DNA of 64,000 nt from a virus. A model generated the notes under the pieces. That model was not told the DNA's origin, did not search any database, and saw nothing but the letters and a program-made list of their open reading frames with translations. This document shows positions 57,696 through 64,000 of the stretch, piece after piece; position 1 is the first letter of the stretch; each line of letters starts with the position of its first letter. A program made the translations under genes and the position numbers. The stretch lies in the IMG/VR virus record IMGVR_UViG_3300035670_010029, one strand, 5' to 3'.

Positions 57696-58263
57696 AAATA
57701 GTCACTGTCTAGTCTTAAATGCAGATTTTTCTCCATTAAGTATTATTCATTGGAAAAGAGCTATTGTATGGTCATATAGATATGACAATCAACACCCATT
57801 GTCTATAGAAATTGTCGATTTTTATAAAGACGATTTCATTCATTGTGTTAATAAAAATATCCCAATACCGGCTGTAGTAAAGACTAAACAATATTTTAGA
57901 ATAAATAGCCACACGGTTAATTTTTCTCGCAAAAATTTATTTATTAGAGACAATTATAGTTGTCAGTATTGTGGCATTAAAAAAGATATTAAAGAATTAA
58001 CATATGATCATGTTATTCCTAAGTCTACATGGAATAATAATGGATCCCCCACATGCTGGACCAATATTGTAACCGCTTGCGTCAGCTGCAATAGAAAAAA
58101 GGGCAATAGAACACCCAAAGAAGCTAAAATGCCATTACAAAATTTACCAGTAGTACCTCGTAAGACACCAAAGTACTTGCCAATAGCCTCTATGTTACTT
58201 AAGATAAGACAAGACATACCATCAGAGTGGTCTATATATTTACCAAAGTCTTATTTAGCATAA
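57685..58263 (+). CDS. HNH (McrA-like) endonuclease
   Basis: LVLNAD, RDNYSCQYCG, DHVIP, WTNIVTACVSCNRKK. Confidence 0.88.
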   Translation: MKNENSHCLVLNADFSPLSIIHWKRAIVWSYRYDNQHPLSIEIVDFYKDDFIHCVNKNIPIPAVVKTKQYFRINSHTVNFSRKNLFIRDNYSCQYCGIKKDIKELTYDHVIPKSTWNNNGSPTCWTNIVTACVSCNRKKGNRTPKEAKMPLQNLPVVPRKTPKYLPIASMLLKIRQDIPSEWSIYLPKSYLA

Positions 58264-58613
58264 TGCCAACATATTCATATATCTGTGATAATTGTGATCA
58301 TGAATTTGAAATGTTTTTTTATATCAGTAATTACACAGAGCATCCAAAATGTGAGCATTGCAAAAAAAAGAAAACACGGAGATGTTATATCAAAGATGTA
58401 AGCAGTCAACATATGGCAGTCAAAAAAAACGACAGCGAACTTAAGACCATAGGAGACTTAGCTAACAGAAATCGTGATCGTATGACAGAAGAACAAAAGG
58501 TTGAACTGTACAAAAAACACAATTCGTACAAAGAAGAACAGAGTACCAAAGAATTACCAAAAGGTATGTCTAGGATGAAAAAACCTAAATTTAAAACCAA
58601 GTGGACACAATAA
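58263..58613 (+). CDS. FmdB-family zinc-ribbon protein
   Basis: MPTYSYICDNCDHEFE..CEHC. Confidence 0.8.
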   Translation: MPTYSYICDNCDHEFEMFFYISNYTEHPKCEHCKKKKTRRCYIKDVSSQHMAVKKNDSELKTIGDLANRNRDRMTEEQKVELYKKHNSYKEEQSTKELPKGMSRMKKPKFKTKWTQ

Positions 58614-58615
58614 AC

Positions 58616-59008
58616 ATGAGCTATATATATACTCCCACACATATTTACAATAAAGACAATCAAGAACAAACAGAAAATATACAGCTTTTTACTATCGCTG
58701 GTCTAGAGGACTTTTTGGATGATAATAGTTTTCCTCAAATAAAAATAGACGACAAGAGAACATATGCTAAAAAAATCACAAGGATTGATGGTACAATCAA
58801 ATATGCCATAAAAATGGCTCCTGATAAAAAACTGTTTAATCCCATATCCCCCATCGACAAAGATTCTAATAGCGTTTTCCTAGATAAAGTATCCAGATCT
58901 AATGATAAGTTTCGTTCCGTTAATCAGAAAACTTTTGATTGGTATTTAAAATTTTTGTCTACAAAAAATACAGCTTGGCTTTATAATGCAGAAAGAGAGG
59001 CTCAGTGA
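58616..59008 (+). CDS. hypothetical protein
   Basis: operon context. Confidence 0.65.
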   Translation: MSYIYTPTHIYNKDNQEQTENIQLFTIAGLEDFLDDNSFPQIKIDDKRTYAKKITRIDGTIKYAIKMAPDKKLFNPISPIDKDSNSVFLDKVSRSNDKFRSVNQKTFDWYLKFLSTKNTAWLYNAEREAQ

Positions 59009-59014
59009 TTCATC

Positions 59015-59368
59015 ATGAGTAGAACTACAAAACTACACAAGTACGCTATATTATGGTTGCATAGTCAAGGATTGAGTAATGAAGACATAGGTAAAGAAGT
59101 TAAGCTGAGTAGAGATCAGGTTAACAGAACAATATCTCAATATAGTACACCCATTAACAAAGAAGACAAAACACCGACTACAACAGAGCAACATGTTAAA
59201 ACCACAAATAGTAAAAGCAAAAACTTGATGATAACTGATAGCAATGCAAAAAAATTCAAAGTGGCTATCATGACCAAAGATGCCTCTATGCTAAACGATG
59301 AATTAAAGAAAAATAACACTCAAAGCCCTAGCGCAAAAGACTATATATATAGGCCGGATAATGGATGA
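59015..59368 (+). CDS. HTH-containing hypothetical protein
   Basis: GLSNEDIGKEVKLSRDQV. Confidence 0.6.
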   Translation: MSRTTKLHKYAILWLHSQGLSNEDIGKEVKLSRDQVNRTISQYSTPINKEDKTPTTTEQHVKTTNSKSKNLMITDSNAKKFKVAIMTKDASMLNDELKKNNTQSPSAKDYIYRPDNG

Positions 59369-59759
59369 AAATATATTGAATAATATTTTAAGTGCAGAAG
59401 AACAGGCTGCTTGGCAAAAGATACAGAGCAAGCTTACGAAACACATTAGTGATATATATCTTTCTAACTTAAAACAACTTGACGAATCTATTCCGTCTGG
59501 TACAAAATATCTGGATCACCCATTACAACCAAAACATATAAGTAACGAGCCAAGAGAAATAATTATTCGTTTACATGCCGAAGTATCCACAATAGACAAT
59601 AATCATCAGCTACAGGATATTACTGAATTATTTAATCATCACTATCATATCCCTGTTCCTGCTAACAGCGATTTTAGAGATAAATTAATACCATTTTTAG
59701 AAAAAGTTGACGATCAGGTCAGCGAATACGCCAAGAAGATACAGTCCAACAATCTCTAG
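59361..59759 (+). CDS. hypothetical protein
   Basis: operon context. Confidence 0.6.
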   Translation: MDENILNNILSAEEQAAWQKIQSKLTKHISDIYLSNLKQLDESIPSGTKYLDHPLQPKHISNEPREIIIRLHAEVSTIDNNHQLQDITELFNHHYHIPVPANSDFRDKLIPFLEKVDDQVSEYAKKIQSNNL

Positions 59760-59764
59760 TTCCA

Positions 59765-60187
59765 ATGCAGAAATATATTTCTCGCTATTCCAATAATAAA
59801 TTGGTATCTGCTGCACAGTATATCACTGAGTTAATATGTGAGCACAAAGCCAAAAAAGATAAAGAAGACTTACACTATAAATTTTGGGAACATAAAAAAT
59901 GGGCTGCTTTCTATAGAAATCAAATTGCTTCAGCGAATAAGTTATTAAAAACATACGATGCTAAAGCTATAATTGATGCTTTGAATAGTTCGTCAGCACA
60001 AAAAATATATTCGTTGCGAGCACCACACCTATTGCCTATGATAGAGCAAGCCCAATACAAAATACGGAATACCCCAAAACCAACAAAGCCAATCACCAAT
60101 ATAGATCGCAAAGCGTCTGTTAGTTTTAATAGAAAAAATCAAATCAATAAAAATATAGTTTCAAAATTAAAGGATCTAGAAGAATGA
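59765..60187 (+). CDS. hypothetical protein
   Basis: coupled to the recA-like gene. Confidence 0.65.
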   Translation: MQKYISRYSNNKLVSAAQYITELICEHKAKKDKEDLHYKFWEHKKWAAFYRNQIASANKLLKTYDAKAIIDALNSSSAQKIYSLRAPHLLPMIEQAQYKIRNTPKPTKPITNIDRKASVSFNRKNQINKNIVSKLKDLEE

Positions 60188-61194
60188 GCCTCAAAGAAGA
60201 CGTTAAGAAAAATTTTGGTTCTGATATCATTTTGAGCGCTAACGCCATAGTTGATCGTGAAGTAGTCACCATCCCGGTGAGTCCTGCAATAGATATCGTA
60301 TTAAGTGGAGGTATACCAGAAGGTAGTTTTGTTATTTTAACAGGACAACCCAAATGCGGTAAAACCGTAACCTCCTTGCATTTTGCTGCCACAGCACAAA
60401 AACCTGAATACAAAGGCGATCTAAAAGAGCCTAGGGAAGTGTATTATCTAAATATTGAAGGTAGAATTAAAAAACGAGATCTAGAAGGTATTAAAGGATT
60501 AGATTTGGATAGATTTCATATTATTGGAAGTCAGCAAGGTAAAATTTTACATGCAGAAGAATATTTACAAATAGCTGAAAGAATTATTAATGAAGAGCCG
60601 GGCTCTGTATTGATTATTGATTCTTATTCAGCTTTGTGTACAGAAGCAGAAATTACCAGCGACATGGATAAAATGCAAAGAGCAGATGGAGCAAAATTAT
60701 TAGCTAAGTTTTGCCGAAAGGTGGCCAATGTTATACCTGTAAATAAAAATATTGTCATAGGCATTACTCATTTAATGGGTAATCCGGGTTATGGTAATGT
60801 TGAATGGAAAGAAAAGTCTGGACAAGCCATAGCATATCAAACAGATATTAAGCTTAAAGCCAAAATGTTCGGTCCGTGGAAAAGCAGTGCAGACGGACCT
60901 CAAATAGGACAAGAAGTCGATTGGCTAGTTATGTGTTCAGCCTTGGGGCCACCGGGAGGAACAATTAAAAGCTTTATTAGATATGGCGAAGGTATAGATC
61001 AAACTATGGAATTAATCACTCTTTGCATAGACCTAGGTATTATACAGAAGGGCGGCGCTTGGTATACGCTGGCAAATGTTGAAGATAAGCCAAAATTCCA
61101 AGGAACGGAAAAGCTTAGACAATATGTTTGCGACAATCCAGCCGTCTACGATATGTTGTATCAAGAACTTAAACAAACCATGGGGATCAAATGA
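60184..61194 (+). CDS. recA: RecA/UvsX-like recombinase
   Basis: GGIPEG, GQPKCGKT, LIIDSYSAL, GAWY, FQG. Confidence 0.9.
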   Translation: MSLKEDVKKNFGSDIILSANAIVDREVVTIPVSPAIDIVLSGGIPEGSFVILTGQPKCGKTVTSLHFAATAQKPEYKGDLKEPREVYYLNIEGRIKKRDLEGIKGLDLDRFHIIGSQQGKILHAEEYLQIAERIINEEPGSVLIIDSYSALCTEAEITSDMDKMQRADGAKLLAKFCRKVANVIPVNKNIVIGITHLMGNPGYGNVEWKEKSGQAIAYQTDIKLKAKMFGPWKSSADGPQIGQEVDWLVMCSALGPPGGTIKSFIRYGEGIDQTMELITLCIDLGIIQKGGAWYTLANVEDKPKFQGTEKLRQYVCDNPAVYDMLYQELKQTMGIK

Positions 61195-61601
61195 ATTCTG
61201 TGATAGATCTTGATGGTCGGCTCCAGCAATGGAGCTTGACAGGATCGATTTCTCATGGTAAACTACAGAACAAGTCAGAATTGCACTTGTTAGCAAGGTC
61301 AATACTCAAAGAATGTTTCCCAACATTACAAATCTTAGAAGAAGTATCTATTCCAGTTAGGCGTGGAGAAATACTTTATTTAGATTTTTATTTACCCTTA
61401 AGTAAAAAATGTATAGAGGTACATGGAGAACAACACTATAAATTTGTGCCATTTTTTCATATAGACATTATGGGTTTTGCCAAACATAAAAAAAGAGATT
61501 CTGAAAAAAAAGAGTGGTGCGAGATCAATAATATCAAATACATAGAACTACCATATAATCTTTCGTCAGAGGAATGGAGAGCCAGAATATTAAATGACTA
61601 A
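61191..61601 (+). CDS. PD-(D/E)XK nuclease (Vsr/DUF559-like)
   Basis: LDFYLP..IEVHGEQHY..RD..K. Confidence 0.8.
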   Translation: MNSVIDLDGRLQQWSLTGSISHGKLQNKSELHLLARSILKECFPTLQILEEVSIPVRRGEILYLDFYLPLSKKCIEVHGEQHYKFVPFFHIDIMGFAKHKKRDSEKKEWCEINNIKYIELPYNLSSEEWRARILND

Positions 61602-62082
61602 AACTACCAAAGAAGAATTACAAAATTGGGATGTTCTTTTAGACGAATATGAAAAAAATATTGGTATATCTACATATATATCCGATGTTTTGCCAGAAGC
61701 TGAGCTGCAAGAATATTTGGTAATGTCTCGGGACGTTATAGAGAAATTGCAGCCCGAAGATTGTATGCAAATAGCTTATAGGCTCGGACAGTTTGCTTTT
61801 CATATACAAAGAACTATTAACAGAGAAATAGCTCGCTACAACTGGGCTGATGAAACCATTAAAGAAGTTATTGCCGATGATATCAATAACTACAAAGGAT
61901 ACGGCTATATAGAAAAATCTATGCAAGCCATCAAGCACAATGAAAAAGCCAATGCTCTGAATAAAATCAAAAAGTATGCCAAACAAAGGTCTGATAGATT
62001 GTCTTATATAGCCAATTCAATTAAAAATCTGTCTGACATTATTCTTACTATAGCAAGAACAAAGGTGAAACATGGATCTTAA
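61594..62082 (+). CDS. helical protein, possibly a UvsY-like mediator
   Basis: all-helical; lies between recombinase and helicase. Confidence 0.5.
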   Translation: MTKTTKEELQNWDVLLDEYEKNIGISTYISDVLPEAELQEYLVMSRDVIEKLQPEDCMQIAYRLGQFAFHIQRTINREIARYNWADETIKEVIADDINNYKGYGYIEKSMQAIKHNEKANALNKIKKYAKQRSDRLSYIANSIKNLSDIILTIARTKVKHGS

Positions 62083-62476
62083 ACCCGAACAGATACAACA
62101 GATGATATCTTTGCTACAATCAATGCTTGAGGTTTCGCAGTCAAATACATCTAGCGAAGAAGTATCCCAAGAAGATGGGGCAGATAAGCCCGTACATACC
62201 ATCAGAACAGATACCAAAAAAATATCAAGCAAGCCAAGTAAACATAATGATCACAATAATAAGTTTGATAGTATGATGGAGTCTAGGATGCATAAAGAAG
62301 ATACCAAAATAGACAAATTGCTTTGTGTGCATGAGCCAACACCTAGACTCAGAGAATTTACTCCCATGCGCGTGGTTTGTAGAGTGTGTGGTAAACAAGA
62401 GACCATCAATCCTATGTTATTAACAGACACAGCCGAAAGATACAAATGCAACAAGTGTGCTAGGAGCGCCGGATAA
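62072..62476 (+). CDS. hypothetical protein with C-terminal zinc ribbon
   Basis: CRVC..CNKC. Confidence 0.65.
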   Translation: MDLKPEQIQQMISLLQSMLEVSQSNTSSEEVSQEDGADKPVHTIRTDTKKISSKPSKHNDHNNKFDSMMESRMHKEDTKIDKLLCVHEPTPRLREFTPMRVVCRVCGKQETINPMLLTDTAERYKCNKCARSAG

Positions 62477-62478
62477 GA

Positions 62479-63945
62479 ATGATTCTTTCTGACCCATCAG
62501 CTGAAAGAGCTGTATTAGCTGGTATATGTAAGTATGGTGAAGATGCTTACTTAGATATTGCGGATATTATTCAGGATAGTACTTTTACTATTGATAGTAA
62601 TAGTATTATATACAAATGTCTTAAAAATATTTTTGAAAAGAATGCGAATATATCTATAGATATAGCTGCAATTTTTTCTACAGCAGAAGAACTTAATCTA
62701 AGTCATATAGTGTCAAAAAAAGAAGAGGTCCAACACCTAAAAGCTATTTTTGACTTTCCTGTTAATCTAGACAATGTTAGAAAGTTTGCTGCTAAAATTC
62801 GTAAGCTAGAAATAGCTAGGCTTTTACGTAAGCAGCTAGAAAATGCTCAAGATAAAATTTTAGACGTTACAGGCAATGAAACTATTGGATCGATTATTAG
62901 CATTGCTGAAGATACCATTTTTGACTTTACTTCTCTCTTGAACGATACAGATAGTAATCCTGCGTCAATAGGGGACGATATAGAAGAATATATAGAGTAT
63001 TTGTCTACTAATAAAGTTGATCAAGTTGGTATTCCTACTGGTTTTCCAGTATATGATCAAGCTATAGGGGGAGGGCTAAGGAAAAGCACTATCAATGTTA
63101 TAGCGGCTCGACCAAAAGTAGGCAAAACCCTACTATCTGACAATATGGGTTTTCATATAGCTAATAAGCTACAAATACCAGTATTAAATATGGATACTGA
63201 AATGACCAAAGAAGATCATATTAACAGAGTACTAGCAATGATGACCGAGATAGAAATCTCGAACATAGAAACAGGTAAATTTACACAAACACCAAATCAA
63301 CAAACAAAAATACAAGAAGCCGTTCAACAATTGAAGAATACAAAACTATATTATAAATCTATTGCTGGTAAATCATTTGAGGACCAATTGTCTATTATGA
63401 GAAGATGGTTAGTCAAAGAAGTAGGACTCAATGATGATGGAACAGCAAAAGACTGTGTTATTTTTTATGATTATTTGAAACTAATGGATAGTGCCGGAAT
63501 TAGCCAAGACCTAAAAGAATATCAGGTTTTGGGATTCATGATGACATCCCTGCATAACTTTGCAACAAGATACAAGGTTCCTGTGGTTGCATTTGTACAG
63601 CTGAATAGAGACGGTATTACTAAAGAAAGTACAGATACTGCTAGTGGTTCCGACAGAATTATTTGGCTTTGTAGTAACTTCAGTATTTTCAAAAGAAAAA
63701 CTCCTGAAGAAATCTCTGAAGACGGACCTGAGAACGGCAATAGAAAACTTGTGCCTTTGATCTCAAGACATGGAGGTGGATTAGACGATAATGACTATAT
63801 TAACTGCCACATGAAGGGTTGGTGTGCTAAAATTACAGAAGGTAAAACCAGAATAGAAATCTCTCGCGGCGCTAAACAACAAAACGATGGCTTTATTGTA
63901 GACTCTGAATATGATAACAATGAACAAACAATCCCGTTTGAATGA
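62479..63945 (+). CDS. dnaB: replicative DNA helicase, DnaB family
   Basis: AERAVL, GIPTGF, AARPKVGKT, TEM, DYLKL, QLNR, SRHG. Confidence 0.93.
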   Translation: MILSDPSAERAVLAGICKYGEDAYLDIADIIQDSTFTIDSNSIIYKCLKNIFEKNANISIDIAAIFSTAEELNLSHIVSKKEEVQHLKAIFDFPVNLDNVRKFAAKIRKLEIARLLRKQLENAQDKILDVTGNETIGSIISIAEDTIFDFTSLLNDTDSNPASIGDDIEEYIEYLSTNKVDQVGIPTGFPVYDQAIGGGLRKSTINVIAARPKVGKTLLSDNMGFHIANKLQIPVLNMDTEMTKEDHINRVLAMMTEIEISNIETGKFTQTPNQQTKIQEAVQQLKNTKLYYKSIAGKSFEDQLSIMRRWLVKEVGLNDDGTAKDCVIFYDYLKLMDSAGISQDLKEYQVLGFMMTSLHNFATRYKVPVVAFVQLNRDGITKESTDTASGSDRIIWLCSNFSIFKRKTPEEISEDGPENGNRKLVPLISRHGGGLDDNDYINCHMKGWCAKITEGKTRIEISRGAKQQNDGFIVDSEYDNNEQTIPFE

Positions 63946-64000
63946 TCAAGCTAAACTCAAAGTTGTATGTGATCAACTGTGTGATAATATTGAAGACCTT
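63920..64000 (+). CDS. 5' fragment of next gene (possibly primase, by synteny only)
   Basis: open frame MNKQSRLNDQAKLK.. runs off the window end. Confidence 0.4.
   Translation, partial: MNKQSRLNDQAKLKVVCDQLCDNIEDL

Noticed and set aside
57685-58263. HNH as an RNA-guided IscB/Cas9-like nuclease
   Set aside because: No RuvC motifs and no adjacent non-coding space; it looks like an ordinary McrA-like HNH.
259-63740. Minus-strand ORFs in the track
   Set aside because: They lie antisense to well-supported + strand genes and show no recognisable motifs.
54256-63945. Inteins or introns in nrdJ, recA and dnaB
   Set aside because: Lengths are normal and motifs are continuous.
1-64000. CRISPR array, cas genes, reverse transcriptase or DGR
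   Set aside because: No regularly spaced direct repeats, RT motif or TR/VR pair was seen by eye.
1-64000. Stop-codon reassignment
   Set aside because: Conserved genes are full length in the standard code and end in TAA, TAG and TGA.

Overview
A 64-kb segment of a large, AT-rich tailed phage genome. Essentially all real genes are on the + strand; the minus-strand ORFs are shadows. It carries replication, recombination and nucleotide genes (ATP-dependent ligase, RepB-like primase, RuvB, RecA/UvsX, DnaB, class II RNR, dUTPase, dCMP deaminase, GMP reductase, PhoH), an rIIA/rIIB-like pair, a sigma factor, a tmRNA, tRNA-Leu(TAA), several HNH/EndoVII/GIY-YIG endonucleases, five protease classes, a SET domain, a macrodomain, a kinase-like protein, an actin-family ATPase, a glycosylation cluster and likely virion/lysis genes. 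A LEPR-type motif on the calpain hints at a Planctomycetota-like host (inference). The best candidate for a new system is an RNA-level control circuit: (i) early-type genes share a bipartite leader, (T)CACAGGA..TTGGAG, and a 77-nt hairpin RNA just 5' of tRNA-Leu (9407-9483) carries the antisense of that leader; (ii) a second promoter-like motif, GGTGTAT, often lies at the 5' arm of RBS-hiding hairpins; (iii) a 58-nt tRNA-like element without an anticodon arm lies between rIIB and the primase. All family calls come from motif recognition by eye; no database searches were run.
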